A stretch of 64,000 nt of DNA from Eledone cirrhosa. Its lineage: Eukaryota. The notes below the pieces were generated by a model, which saw only the letters and a list, made by a program, of their open reading frames with translations, did not search any database and had not been told where the DNA came from. Positions 11,103 to 25,625 of the stretch are shown here, in pieces. How positions within the stretch are numbered: the first letter of the stretch is position 1; each line of letters starts with the position of its first letter. Made by a program: the position numbers and the translations under genes. Location: the NCBI GenBank assembly GCA_964016885.1, contig OZ024748.1:25048001-25112000 (forward strand). The letters are read 5' to 3'.

Positions 11103-14100
11103 CTAGCATCTTCTTATCGTGTAGCTGTCTTTCAATCCAGTCCAACAGAACTAGCTTCTTCCTATAGTGTAGCTGTCTTTCAATCCAGTCCGACAGAACT
11201 AGCTTCTTCCTATAGTGTAGCTGTCTTTCAATCCAGTCCGACAGAACTAGCTTCTTCCTATAGTGTAGCTGTCTTTCAATCCAGTCCAACAGAACTAGCT
11301 TCTTCCTATAGTGTAGCTGTCTTTCAATCCAGTCCGACAGAACTAGCTTCTTCCTATAGTGTAGCTGTCTTTCAATCCAGTCCAACAGAACTAGCTTCTT
11401 CCTATAGTGTAGCTGTCTTTCAATCCAGTCCAACAGAACTAGCTTCTTCCTATAGTGTAGCTGTCTTTCAATCCAGTCCAACAGAACTAGCTTCTTCCTA
11501 TAGTGTAGCTGTCTTTCAATCCAGTCCAACAGAACTAGCTTCTTCCTATAGTGTAGCTGTCTTTCAATCCAGTCCGACAGAACTAGCTTCTTCCTATAGT
11601 GTAGCTGTCTTTCAATCCAGTCCGACAGTTCTAGCTTCTTCCTATAGTGCAGCTGTCTTTCAATCCAGTCCGACAGAACTAGCTTCTTCCTATAGTGTAG
11701 CTGTCTTTCAATCCAGTCCGACAGAACTATCTTCTTCCTATAGTGTAGCTGTCTTTCAATCCAGTCCAACAGAACTAGCTTCTTCCTATAGTGTAGCTGT
11801 CTTTCAATCCAGTCCGACAGAACTAGCTTCTTCCTATAGTGTAGCTGTCTTTCAATCCAGTCCGACAGTACTAGCTTCTTCCTATAGTGTAGATGTCTTT
11901 CAATCCAGTCCGACAGTACTAGCTTCTTCCTATAGTGTAGCTGTCTTTCAATCCAGTCCGACAGTAATAGCTTCTTCCTATAGTGTAGCTGTCTTTCAAT
12001 CCAGTCCGACAGAACTAGCTTCTTCCTATAGTGTAGCTGTCTTTCAATCCAGTCCGACAGTACTAGCTTCTTCCTATAGTGTAGCTGTCTTTCAATCCAG
12101 TCCAACAGAACTAGCTTCTTCCTATAGTGTAGCTGTCTTTCAATCCAGTCCGACAGTACTAGCTTCTTCCTATAGTGTAGCTGTCTTTCAATCCAGTCCA
12201 ACAGAACTAGCTTCTTCCTATAGTGTAGCTGTCTTTCAATCCAGTCCGACAGTACTAGCTTCTTCCTATAGTGTAGCTGTCTTTCAATCCAGTCCAACAG
12301 AACTAGCTTCTTCCTATAGTGTAGCTGTCTTTCAATCCAGTCCGACAGAACTAGCTTCTTCCTATAGTGTAGCTGTCTTTCAATCCAGTCCGACAGAACT
12401 AGCTTCTTCCTATAGTGTAGCTGTCTTTCAATCCAGTCCGACAGAACTAGCTTCTTCCTATAGTGTAGCTGTCTTTCAATCCAGTCCGACAGAACTAGCT
12501 TCTTCCTATAGTGTAGCTGTCTTTCAATCCAGTCCGACAGAACTAGCTTCTTCCTATAGTGTAGCTGTCTTTCAATCCAGTCCGACAGTACTAGCTTCTT
12601 CCTATAGTGTAGCTGTCTTTCAATCCAGTCCAACAGAACTAGCTTCTTCTTATCGTGTAGCTGTCTTTCAAACCAGTCCGACAGTACTAGCTTCTTCCTA
12701 TAGTGTAGCTGTCTTTCAATCCAGTCCGACAGAACTAGCTTCTTCCTATAGTGTAGCTGTCTTTCAATCCAGTCCAACAGAACTAGCTTCTTCCTATAGT
12801 GTAGCTGTCTTTCAATCCAGTCCGACAGAACTAGCTTCTTCCTATAGTGTAGCTGTCTTTCAATCCAGTCCGACAGTTCTAGCTTCTTCCTATAGTGCAG
12901 CTGTCTTTCAATCCAGTCCGACAGAACTAGCTTCTTCCTATAGTGTAGCTGTCTTTCAATCCAGTCCGACAGAACTATCTTCTTCCTATAGTGTAGCTGT
13001 CTTTCAATCCAGTCCAACAGAACTAGCTTCTTCCTATAGTGTAGCTGTCTTTCAATCCAGTCCGACAGAACTAGCTTCTTCCTATAGTGTAGCTGTCTTT
13101 CAATCCAGTCCGACAGTACTAGCTTCTTCCTATAGTGTAGCTGTCTTTCAATCCAGTCCGACAGTACTAGCTTCTTCCTATAGTGTAGCTGTCTTTCAAT
13201 CCAGTCCGACAGTAATAGCTTCTTCCTATAGTGTAGCTGTCTTTCAATCCAGTCCGACAGAACTAGCTTCTTCCTATAGTGTAGCTGTCTTTCAATCCAG
13301 TCCGACAGTACTAGCTTCTTCCTATAGTGTAGCTGTCTTTCAATCCAGTCCAACAGAACTAGCTTCTTCCTATAGTGTAGCTGTCTTTCAATCCAGTCCG
13401 ACAGTACTAGCTTCTTCCTATAGTGTAGCTGTCTTTCAATCCAGTCCAACAGAACTAGCTTCTTCCTATAGTGTAGCTGTCTTTCAATCCAGTCCGACAG
13501 TACTAGCTTCTTCCTATAGTGTAGCTGTCTTTCAATCCAGTCCGACAGAACTGGCTTCTTCCTATAGTGTAGCTGTCTTTCAATCCAGTCCGACAGAACT
13601 AGCTTCTTCCTATAGTGTAGCTGTCTTTCAATCCAGTCCGACAGAACTAGCTTCTTCCTATAGTGTAGCTGTCTTTCAATCCAGTCCGACAGAACTAGCT
13701 TCTTCCTATAGTGTAGCTGTCTTTCAATCCAGTCCGACAGAACTAGCTTCTTCCTATAGTGTAGCTGTCTTTCAATCCAGTCCGACAGAACTAGCTTCTT
13801 CCTATAGTGTAGCTGCCTTTCAATCCAGTCCGACAGTACTAGCTTCTTCTTATCGTGTAGCTGTCTTTCAAACCAGTCCGACAGTACTAGCTTCTTCGTA
13901 TAGTGTAGCTGTCTTTCAATCCAGTCCGACAGTACTAGCTTCTTCCTATAGTGTAGCTGTCTTTCAATCCAGTCCGACAGAACTAGCTTCTTCCTACAGT
14001 GTAGCTGTCTTTCAATCAAGTCCGACAGTACTAGCTTCTTCCTATAGTGTAGCTGTCTTTCAATCCAGTCCGACAGTACTAGCTTCTTCCTATAGTGTAG

Positions 14101-17100
14101 CTGTCTTTCAATCCAGTCCGACAGAACTAGCTTCTTCCTATAGTGTAGCTGTCTTTCAATTCAGTCCAAGAGAACTAGATTCTTCCTATAGTGTAGCTGT
14201 CTTTCAATCCAGTCCGACAGAACTAGCTTCTTCCTATAGTGTAGCTGTCTTTCAATTCAGTCCGACAGAACTAGCTTCTTCCTATAGTGTAGCTGTCTTT
14301 CAATCCAGTCCGACAGAACTAGCTTCTTCCTATAGTGTAGCTGTTTTTCAATCCAGTCCGACAGTACTAGCTTCTTCCTATAGTGTAGCTGTCTTTCAAT
14401 CCAGTCCAACAGAACTAGCTTCTTCTTATCGTGTAGCTATCTTTCAATCCAGTCCGACAGTACTAGCTTCTTCCTATAGTGTAGCTGTCTTTCAATCCAG
14501 TCCGACATAACTAGCTTCTTCCTATAGTGTAGCTGTCTTTCAATCCAGTCCGACAGAACTAGCTTCTTCCTATAGTGTAGCTGTCTTTCAATTCAGTCCG
14601 ACAGAACTAGCTTCTTCCTATAGTGTAGCGGTCTTTCAATCCAGTCCGACAGAACTAGCTTCTTCCTATAGTGTAGCTGTCTTTCAATCCAGTCCGACAG
14701 TACTAGCTTCTTCCTATAGTGTAGCTGTCTTTCAATCCAGTCCGACAGAACTAGCTTCTTCCTATAGTGTAGCTGTCTTTCAATCCAGTCCGACAGAACT
14801 AGCTTCTTCCTATAGTGTAGCTGTCTTTCAATCCAGTCCGACAGAACTAGCTTCTTCCTATAGTGTAGCTGTCTTTCAATCCAGTCCGACAGAACTAGCT
14901 TCTTCCTATAGTGTAGCTGACTTTCAATCCAGTCCGACAGAACTAGCTTCTTCCTATAGTGTAGCTGTCTTTCAATCCAGTCCGACAGAACTAGCTTCTT
15001 CCTATAGTGTAGCTGTCTTTCAATCCAGTCCGACAGTACTAGCTTCTTCCTATAGTGTAGCTGTCTTTCAATCCAGTCCGACAGTACTAGCTTCTTCCTA
15101 TAGTGTAGCTGTCTTTCAATCCAGTCCGACAGAACTAGCTTCTTCCTATAGTGTAGCTGTCTTTCAAACCAGTCCGACAGAACTAGCTTCTTCCTATAGT
15201 GTAGCTGTCTTTCAATCCAGTCCGACAGAACTAGCTTCTTCCTATAGTGTAGCTGTCTTTCAATCCAGTCCGACAGAACTAGCTTCTTCCTATAGTGTAG
15301 CTGTCTTTCAATCCAGTCCGACAGTACTAGCTTCTTCCTATAGTGTAGCTGTCTTTCAATCCAGTCCGACAGTACTAGCTTCTTCCTATAGTGTAGCTGT
15401 CTTTCAATCCAGTCCGACAGAAGTAGCTTCTTCCTATAGAGTAGCTGTCTTTCAATCCAGTCCGACAGAACTAGCTTCTTCCTATAGTGTAGCTGTCTTT
15501 CAATCCAGTCCGACAGAACTAGCTTCTTCCTATAGTGTAGCTGTCTTTCAATCCAGTCCGACAGTACTAGATTCTTCCTATAGTGTAGCTGTCTTTCAAT
15601 CCATTCCGACAGAACTAGCTTCTTCCTATAGTGTAGCTGTCTTTCAATCCAGTCCGACAGAACTAGCTTCTTCCTATAGTGTAGCTGTCTTTCAATCCAG
15701 TCCGACAGAACTAGCTTCTTCCTATAGTGTAGATGTCTTTCAATCCAGTCCGACAGTACTAGCTTCTTCCTATAGTGTAGCTGTCTTTCAATCCAGTCCG
15801 ACAGAACTAGCTTCTTCCTATAGTGTAGCTGTCTTTCAATCCAGTCCGACAGAACTAGCTTCTTCCTATAGTGTAGCTGTCTTTCAATCCAGTCCGACAG
15901 AACTAGCTTCTTCCTATAGTGTAGCTGTCTTTCAATCCAGTACGACAGTACTAGCTTCTTCCTATAGTCTAGCTGTCTTTCAATCCAGTCCGACAGTACT
16001 AGCTTCTTCCTATAGTGTAGCTGTCTTTCAATCCAGTCCGACAGTACTAGCTTCTTCCTATAGTGTAGCTGTCTTTCAATCCAGTCCGACAGTACTAGCT
16101 TCTTCCCATAGTGTAGCTGTCTTTCAATCCAGTCCGACAGAACTAGCTTCTTCTTATCGTGTAGCTGTCTTTCAATCCAGTCCGACAGTACTAGCTTCTT
16201 CCTATAGTGTAGCTGTCTTTCAATCCAGTCCGACAGAACTAGCTTCTTCTTATCGTGTAGCTGTCTTTCAATCCAGTCCGACAGTACTAGCTTCTTCCTA
16301 TAGTGTAGCTGTCTTTCAATCCAGTCCGACAGAACTAGCTTCTTCTTATCGTGTAGCTGTCTTTCAATCCAGTCCGACAGTACTACCTTCTTCCTATAGT
16401 GTAGCTGTCTTTCAATCCAGTCCGCAAGTACTAGCTTCTTCCTATAGTGTAGCTGTCTTTCAATCCAGTCCGACAGAACTAGCTTCTTCCTATAGTGTAG
16501 CTGTCTTTCAATCCAGTCCGACAGTACTAGATTCTTCCTATAGTGTAGCTGTCTTTCAATCCATTCCGACAGAACTAGCTTCTTCCTATAGTGTAGCTGT
16601 CTTTCAATCCAGTCCGACAGAACTAGCTTCTTCCTATAGTGTAGCTGTCTTTCAATCCAGTCCGACAGAACTAGCTTCTTCCTATAGTGTAGATGTCTTT
16701 CAATCCAGTCCGACAGTACTAGCTTCTTCCTATAGTGTAGCTGTCTTTCAATCCAGTCCGACAGTACTAGCTTCTTCCTATAGTGTAGCTGTCTTTCAAT
16801 CCAGTCCGACAGAACTAGCTTCTTCCTATAGTGTAGCTGTCTTTCAATCCAGTCCGACAGAACTAGCTTCTTCCTATAGTGTAGCTGTCTTTCAATCCAG
16901 TCCGACAGAACTAGCTTCTTCCTATAGTGTAGCTGTCTTTCAATCCAGTACGACAGTACTAGCTTCTTCCTATAGTCTAGCTGTCTTTCAATCCAGTCCG
17001 ACAGTACTAGCTTCTTCCTATAGTGTAGCTGTCTTTCAATCCAGTCCGACAGTACTAGCTTCTTCCTATAGTGTAGCTGTCTTTCAATCCAGTCCGACAG

Positions 17101-20100
17101 TACTAGCTTCTTCCCATAGTGTAGATGTCTTTCAATCCAGTCCGACAGAACTAGCTTCTTCTTATCGTGTAGCTGTCTTTCAATCCAGTCCGACAGTACT
17201 AGCTTCTTCCTATAGTGTAGCTGTCTTTCAATCCAGTCCGACAGAACTAGCTTCTTCTTATCGTGTAGCTGTCTTTCAATCCAGTCCGACAGTACTAGCT
17301 TCTTCCTATAGTGTAGCTGTCTTTCAATCCAGTCCGACAGAACTAGCTTCTTCTTATCGTGTAGCTGTCTTTCAATCCAGTCCGACAGTACTAGCTTCTT
17401 CCTATAGTGTAGCTGTCTTTCAATCCAGTCCGCAAGTACTAGCTTCTTCCTATAGTGTAGCTGTCTTTCAATCCAGTCCGACAGAACTAGCTTCTTCCTA
17501 TAGTGTAGCTGTCTTTCAATCCAGTCCGACAGTACTAGCTTCTTCGTATAGTGTAGCTGACTTTCAATCCAGTCCGACAGAACTAGCTTCTTCCTATAGT
17601 GTAGCTGTCTTTCAATCCAGTCCGACAGAACTAGCTTCTTCCTATAGTGTAGCTGTCTTTCAATCCAGTCCGACAGAACTAGCTTCTTCCCATAGTGTAG
17701 CTGTCTTTCAATCCAGTCCAACAGAACTAGCTTCTTCCTATAGTGTAGCTGTCTTTCAATCCAGTCCGACAGAACTAGCTTCTTCTTATCGTGTAGCTGT
17801 CTTTCAATCCAGTCCGACACTACTAGCTTCTTCTTATCGTGTAGCTGTCTTTCAATTCAGTCCGACAGAACTAGCTTCTTCTTATCGTGTAGCTGTCTTT
17901 CAATCCAGTCCGACAGAACTAGCTTCTTCTTATCGTGTAGCTGTCTTTCAATCCAGTCCGACAGTACTAGCTTCTTCCTATAGTGTAGCTGTCTTTCAAT
18001 CCAGTCCGACAGTACTAGCTTCTTCCTATAGTGTAGCTGTCTTTCAATCCAGTCCAACAGAACTAGCTTCTTCCTATAGTGTAGCTGTCTTTCAATCCAG
18101 TCCGACAGTACTAGCTTCTTCCTATAGTGTAGCTGTCTTTCAATCCAGTCCGACAGTACTAGCTTCTTCCTATAGTGTAGCTGTCTTTCAATCCAGTCCG
18201 ACAGAACTAGCTTCTTCCTATAGTGTAGCTGTCTTTCAATCCAGTCCGACAGAACTAGCTTCTTCCTATAGTGTAGCTGTCTTTCAATCCAGTCCGACAG
18301 AACTAGCTTCTTCCTATAGTGTAGCTGTCTTTCAATCCAGTCCGACAGAACTAGCTTCTTCCTATAGTGTAGCTGTCTTTCAATCCAGTCCGACAGTACT
18401 AGCTTCTTCCTATAGTGTAGCTGTCTTTCAATCCAGTCCGACAGAACTAGCTTCTTCCTATCGTGTAGCTGTCTTTCAATCCAGTCCGACAGAACTAGCT
18501 TCTTCCTATCGTGTAGCTGTCTTTCAATCCAGTCCGACAGAACTAGCTTCTTCCTATAGTGTAGCTGTCTTTCAATCCAGTCCGACAGAACTAGCTTCTT
18601 CTTATCGTGTAGCTGTCTTTCAATCCAGTCCGACAGTACTAGCTTCTTCCTATAGTGTAGCTGTCTTTCAATCCAGTCCGACAGTACTAGCTTCTTCCTA
18701 TAGTGTAGCTGTCTTTCAATCCAGTCCGACAGTACTAGCTTCTTCCTATAGTGTAGCTGTCTTTCAATCCAGACCGACAGTACTAGCTTCTTCCTATAGT
18801 GTAGCTGTCTTTCAATTCAGTCCGACAGAACTAGCTTCTTCCTATAGTGTAGCTGTCTTTCAATCCAGTCCGACAGAACTAGCTTCTTCCTATAGTGTAG
18901 CTGTCTTTCAATCCAGTCCGACAGAACTAGCTTCTTCCTATAGTGTAGCTGTCTTTCAATCCAGTCCAACAGAACTAGCTTCTTCCTATAGTGTAGCTGT
19001 CTTTCAATCCAGTCCGACAGAACTAGCTTCTTCTTATCGTGTAGCTGTCTTTCAATCCAGTACGACACTACTAGCTTCTTCTTATCGTGTAGCTGTCTTT
19101 CAATCCAGTCCGACAGAACTAGCTTCTTCTTATCGTGTAGCTGTCTTTCAATCCAGTCCGACAGAACTAGCTTCTTCTTATCGTGTAGCTGTCTTTCAAT
19201 CCAGTCCAACAGAACTAGCTTCTTCCTATAGTGTAGCTGTCTTTCAATCCAGTCCGACAGTACTAGCTTCTTCCTATAGTGTAGCTGTCTTTCAATCCAG
19301 TCCGACAGTACTAGCTTCTTCCTATAGTGTAGCTGTCTTTCAATCCAGTCCGACAGTACTAGCTTCTTCCTATAGTGTAGCTGTCTTTCAATCCAGTCCG
19401 ACAGTACTAGCTTCTTCCTATAGTGTAGCTGTCTTTCAATCCAGTCCGACAGTACTAGCTTCTTCCTATAGTGTAGCTGTCTTTCAATCCAGACCGACAG
19501 TACTAGCTTCTTCCTATAGTGTAGCTGACTTTCAATCCAGTCCGACAGAACTAGCTTCTTCCTATAGTGTAGCTGTCTTTCAATCCAGTCCGACAGAACT
19601 AGCTTCTTCCTATAGTGTAGCTGTCTTTCAATCCAGTCCGACAGAACTAGCTTCTTCCTATAGTGTAGCTGTCTTTCAATCCAGTCCAACAGAACTAGCT
19701 TCTTCCTATAGTGTAGCTGTCTTTCAATCCAGTCCGACAGAACTAGCTTCTTCTTATCGTGTAGCTGTCTTTCAATCCAGTCCGACACTACTAGCTTCTT
19801 CTTATCGTGTAGCTGTCTTTCAATTCAGTCCGACAGAACTAGCTTCTTCTTATCGTGTAGCTGTCTTTCAATCCAGTCCGACAGAACTAGCTTCTTCTTA
19901 TCGTGTAGCTGTCTTTCAATCCAGTCCGACAGTACTAGCTTCTTCCTATAGTGTAGCTGTCTTTCAATCCAGTCCGACAGTACTAGCTTCTTCCTATAGT
20001 GTAGCTGTCTTTCAATCCAGTCCAACAGAACTAGCTTCTTCCTATAGTGTAGCTGTCTTTCAATCCAGTCCGACAGTACTAGCTTCTTCCTATAGTGTAG

Positions 20101-23100
20101 CTGTCTTTCAATCCAGTCCGACAGTACTAGCTTCTTCCTATAGTGTAGCTGTCTTTCAATCCAGTCCGACAGAACTAGCTTCTTCCTATAGTGTAGCTGT
20201 CTTTCAATCCAGTCCGACAGAACTAGCTTCTTCCTATAGTGTAGCTGTCTTTCAATCCAGTCCGACAGAACTAGCTTCTTCCTATAGTGTAGCTGTCTTT
20301 CAATCCAGTCCGACAGAACTAGCTTCTTCATATAGTGTAGCTGTCTTTCAATCCAGTCCGACAGTACTAGCTTCTTCCTATAGTGTAGCTGTCTTTCAAT
20401 CCAGTCCGACAGAACTAGCTTCTTCCTATCGTGTAGCTGTCTTTCAATCCAGTCCGACAGAACTAGCTTCTTCCTATCGTGTAGCTGTCTTTCAATCCAG
20501 TCCGACAGAACTAGCTTCTTCCTATAGTGTAGCTGTCTTTCAATCCAGTCCGACAGAACTAGCTTCTTCTTATCGTGTAGCTGTCTTTCAATCCAGTCCG
20601 ACAGTACTAGCTTCTTCCTATAGTGTAGCTGTCTTTCAATCCAGTCCGACAGTACTAGCTTCTTCCTATAGTGTAGCTGTCTTTCAATCCAGTCCGACAG
20701 TACTAGCTTCTTCCTATAGTGTAGCTGTCTTTCAATCCAGACCGACAGTACTAGCTTCTTCCTATAGTGTAGCTGTCTTTCAATCCAGTCCGACAGAACT
20801 AGCTTCTTCCTATAGTGTAGCTGTCTTTCAATCCAGTCCGACAGAACTAGCTTCTTCCTATAGTGTAGCTGTCTTTCAATCCAGTCCGACAGAACTAGCT
20901 TCTTCCTATAGTGTAGCTGTCTTTCAATCCAGTCCAACAGAACTAGCTTCTTCCTATAGTGTAGCTGTCTTTCAATCCAGTCCGACAGAACTAGCTTCTT
21001 CTTATCGTGTAGCTGTCTTTCAATCCAGTACGACACTACTAGCTTCTTCTTATCGTGTAGCTGTCTTTCAATCCAGTCCGACAGAACTAGCTTCTTCTTA
21101 TCGTGTAGCTGTCTTTCAATCCAGTCCGACAGAACTAGCTTCTTCTTATCGTGTAGCTGTCTTTCAATCCAGTCCGACAGTACTAGCTTCTTCCTATAGT
21201 GTAGCTGTCTTTCAATCCAGTCCGACAGTACTAGCTTCTTCCTATAGTGTAGCTGTCTTTCAATCCAGTCCTACAGAACTAGCTTCTTCCTATAGTGTAG
21301 CTGTCTTTCAATCCAGTCCGACAGTACTAGCTTCTTCCTATAGTGTAGCTGTCTTTCAATCCAGTCCGACAGAACTAGCTTCTTCCTATAGTGTAGCTGT
21401 CTTTCAATCCAGTCCGACAGAACAGGCTTCTTCCTATAGTGTAGCTGTCTTTCAATCCAGTCCAACAGTACTAGCTTCTTCCTATAGTGTAGCTGTCTTT
21501 CAATCCAGTCCGACAGAACTAGCTTCTCCCTATAGTGTAGCTGTCTTTCAATCCAGTCCGACAGTACTAGCTTCTTCCTATAGTGTAGCTGTCTTTCAAT
21601 CCAGTCCGACAGAACTAGTTTCTTCCTATAGTGTAGCTGTCTTTCAATCCAGTCCGACAGAACTAGCTTCTTCCTATAGTGTAGCTGCCTTTCAATCCAG
21701 TCCGACAGAACTAGCTTCTTCCTATAGTGTAGCTGCCTTTCAATCCAGTCCGACAGAACTAGTTTCTTCCTATAGTGTAGCTGTCTTTCAATCCAGTCCG
21801 ACAGTACTAGCTTCTTCCTATAGTGTAGCTGTCTTTCAATCCAGTCCGACAGAACTAGTTTCTTCCTATAGTGTAGCTGTCTTTCAATCCAGTCCGACAG
21901 AACTAGCTTCTTCCTATAGTGTAGCTGCCTTTCAATCCAGTCCGACAGAATTAGCTTCTTCCTATAGTGTAGCTGCCTTTCAATCCAGTCCGACAGAACT
22001 AGTTTCTTCCTATAGTGTAGCTGTCTTTCAATCCAGTCCGACAGAACTAGCTTCTTCCTATAGTGTAGCTGTCTTTCAATCCAGTCCGACAGTACTAGCT
22101 TCTTCCTATAGTGTAGCTGCCTTTCAATCCAGTCCGACAGAACTAGCTTCTTCCTATAGTGTAGCTGCCTTTCAATCCAGTCCGACAGAACTAGTTTCTT
22201 CCTATAGTGTAGCTGTCTTTCAACCCAGTCCGACAGAACTAGCTTCTTCCTATAGTGTAGCTGTCTTTCAATCCAGTCCGACAGTACTAGCTTCTTCCTA
22301 TAGTGTAGCTGTCTTTCAATCCAGTCCGACAGAACTAGTTTCTTCCTATAGTGTAGCTGTCTTTCAATCCAGTCCGGCAGTACTAGCTTCTTCCTATAGT
22401 GTAGCTGTCTTTCAATCCAGTCCGACAGTACTAGCTTCTTCCTATAGTGTATCTGTCTTTCAATCCAGTCCGACAGTACTAGCTTCTTCCTATAGTGTAG
22501 CCGTCTTTCAATCCAGTCCGACAGAACTAGCTTCTTCCTATAGTGTAGCTGTCTTTCAATCCAGTCCGACAGAACTAGCTTCTTCCTATAGTGTAGCTGT
22601 CTTTCAATCCAGTCCGACAGAACTAGCTTCTTCCTATAGTGTAGCTGTCTTTCAATCCAGTCCAACAGAACTAGCTTCTTCCTATAGTGTAGCTGTCTTT
22701 CAATCCAGTCCGACAGAACTAGCTTCTTCTTATCGTGTAGCTGTCTTTCAATCCAGTACGACACTACTAGCTTCTTCTTATCGTGTAGCTGTCTTTCAAT
22801 CCAGTCCGACAGAACTAGCTTCTTCTTATCGTGTAGCTGTCTTTCAATCCAGTCCGACAGTACTAGCTTCTTCCTATAGTGTAGCTGTCTTTCAATCCAG
22901 TCCGACAGTACTAGCTTCTTCCTATAGTGTAGCTGTCTTTCAATCCAGTCCAACAGAACTAGCTTCTTCCTATAGTGTAGCTGTCTTTCAATCCAGTCCG
23001 ACAGTACTAGCTTCTTCCTATAGTGTAGCTGTCTTTCAATCCAGTCCGACAGTACTAGCTTCTTCCTATAGTGTAGCTGTCTTTCAATCCAGTCCGACAG

Positions 23101-25625
23101 AACTAGCTTCTTCCTATAGTGTAGCTGTCTTTCAATCCAGTCCGACAGAACTAGCTTCTTCCTATAGTGTAGCTGTCTTTCAATCCAGTCCGACAGAACT
23201 AGCTTCTTCCTATAGTGTAGCTGTCTTTCAATCCAGTCCGACAGAACTAGCTTCTTCCTATAGTGTAGCTGTCTTTCAATCCAGTCCGACAGAACTAGCT
23301 TCTTCCTATAGTGTAGCTGTCTTTCAATCCAGTCCGACAGTACTAGCTTCTTCCTATAGTGTAGCTGTCTTTCAATCCAGTCCGACAGAACTAGCTTCTT
23401 CCTATCGTGTAGCTGTCTTTCAATCCAGTCCGACAGAACTAGCTTCTTCCTATCGTGTAGCTGTCTTTCAATCCAGTCCGACAGAACTAGCTTCTTCCTA
23501 TAGTGTAGCTGTCTTTCAATCCAGTCCGACAGAACTAGCTTCTTCCTATAGTGTAGCTGTCTTTCAATCCAGTCCGACAGAACTAGCTTCTTCCTATAGT
23601 GTAGCTGTCTTTCAATCCAGTCCGACAGAACTAGCTTCTTCCTATAGTGTAGCTGTCTTTCAATCCAGTCCGACAGAACTAGCTTCTTCCTATAGTGTAG
23701 CTGTCTTTCAATCCAGTCCGACAGAACAGGCTTCTTCCTATAGTGTAGCTGTCTTTCAATCCAGTCCGACAGTACTAGCTTCTTCCTATAGTGTAGCTGT
23801 CTTTCAATCCAGTCCGACAGAACTAGCTTCTTCCTATAGTGTAGCTGTCTTTCAATCCAGTCCGACAGAACTAGCTTCTTCCTATAGTGTAGCTGTCTTT
23901 CAATCCAGTCCGACAGAACTAGCTTCTTCCTATAGTGTAGCTGTCTTTCAATCCAGTCCGACAGAACTAGCTTCTTTCTATAGTGTAGCTGTCTTTCAAT
24001 CCAGTCCGACAGAACTAGCTTCTTCCTATAGTGTAGCTGTCTTTCAATCCAGTCCGACAGAACTAGCTTCTTCCTATAGTGTAGCTGTCTTTCAATCCAG
24101 TCCGACAGAACAGGCTTCTTCCTATAGTGTAGCTGTCTTTCAATCCAGTCCAACAGTACTAGCTTCTTCCTATAGTGTAGCTGTCTTTCAATCCAGTCCG
24201 ACAGAACTAGCTTCTTCCTATAGTGTAGCTGTCTTTCAATCCAGTCCGACAGTACTAGCTTCTTCCTATAGTGTAGCTGTCTTTCAATCCAGTCCGACAG
24301 AACTAGTTTCTTCCTATAGTGTAGCTGTCTTTCAATCCAGTCCGACAGAACTAGCTTCTTCCTATAGTGTAGCTGCCTTTCAATCCAGTCCGACAGACCT
24401 AGCTTCTTCCTATAGTGTAGCTGCCTTCCAATCCACTCCGACAGAACTAGTTTCTTCCTATAGTGTAGCTGTCTTTCAATCCAGTCCGACAGAACTAGCT
24501 TCTTCCTATAGTGTAGCTGTCTTTCAATCCAGTCCGACAGTACTAGCTTCTTCCTATAGTGTAGCTGTCTTTCAATCCAGTCCGACAGAACTAGTTTCTT
24601 CCTATAGTGTAGCTGTCTTTCAATCCAGTCCGACAGTACTAGCTTCTTCCTATAGTGTAGCTGTCTTTCAATCCAGTCCGACAGAACTAGCTTCTTCCTA
24701 TAGTGTAGCTGTCTTTCAATCCAGTCCGACAGTACTAGCTTCTTCCTATAGTGTAGCTGTCTTTCAATCCAGTCCGACAGTACTAGCTTCTTCCTATAGT
24801 GTAGCTGTCTTTCAATCCAGTCCGACAGAACTAGCTTCTTCCTATAGTGTAGCTGCCTTTCAATCCAGTCCGACAGTACTAGCTTCTTCCTATAGTGTAG
24901 CTGTCTTTCAATCCAGTCCGACAGAACTAGCTTCTTCCTATAGTGTAGCTGCCTTTCAATCCAGTCCGACAGTACTAGCTTCTTCCTATAGTGTAGCTGT
25001 CTTTCAATCCAGTCCGACAGAACTAGCTTCTTCCTATAGTGTAGCTGTCTTTCAATCCAGTCCGACAGAACTAGCTTCTTCCTATAGTGTAGCTGTCTTT
25101 CAATCCAGTCCGACAGAACTAGCTTCTTCCTATAGTGTAGCTGTCTTTCAATCCAGTCCGACAGTACTAGCTTCTTCCTATAGTGTAGCTGTCTTTCAAT
25201 CCAGTCCGACAGAACTAGCTTCTTCCTATAGTGTAGCTGTCTTTCAATCCAGTCCGACAGAACTAGCTTCTTCCTATAGTGTAGCTGTCTTTCAATCCAG
25301 TCCGACAGAACTAGCTTCTTCCTATAGTGTAGCTGTCTTTCAATCCAGTCCGACAGAACTAGCTTCTTCCTATAGTGTAGCTGCCTTTCAATCCAGTCCG
25401 ACAGTACTAGCTTCTTCCTATAGTGTAGCTGTCTTTCAATCCAGTCCGACAGAACTAGCTTCTTCTTATCGTGTAGCTGTCTTTCAATCCAGTCCGACAG
25501 AACTAGCTTCTTCCTATAGTGTATCTGTCTTTCAATCCAGTCCGACAGTACTAGCTTCTACCTATAGTGTAGCTGTCTTTCAATCCAGTCCGGCAGTACT
25601 AGCTTCTTCCTATAGTGTAGCTGTC
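11103..25625. repeat. 48-bp satellite, ~300 copies, ~14.5 kb
   Basis: Unit CTAGCTTCTTCCTATAGTGTAGCTGTCTTTCAATCCAGTCCGACAGAA with few variants. Confidence 0.98.

Noticed and set aside
11071-24153. ~1000-aa LVLSDWIERQLHYRKK repeat proteins
   Set aside because: Satellite with scattered stops, no true starts or splice signals identified, and variants not confined to synonymous positions.
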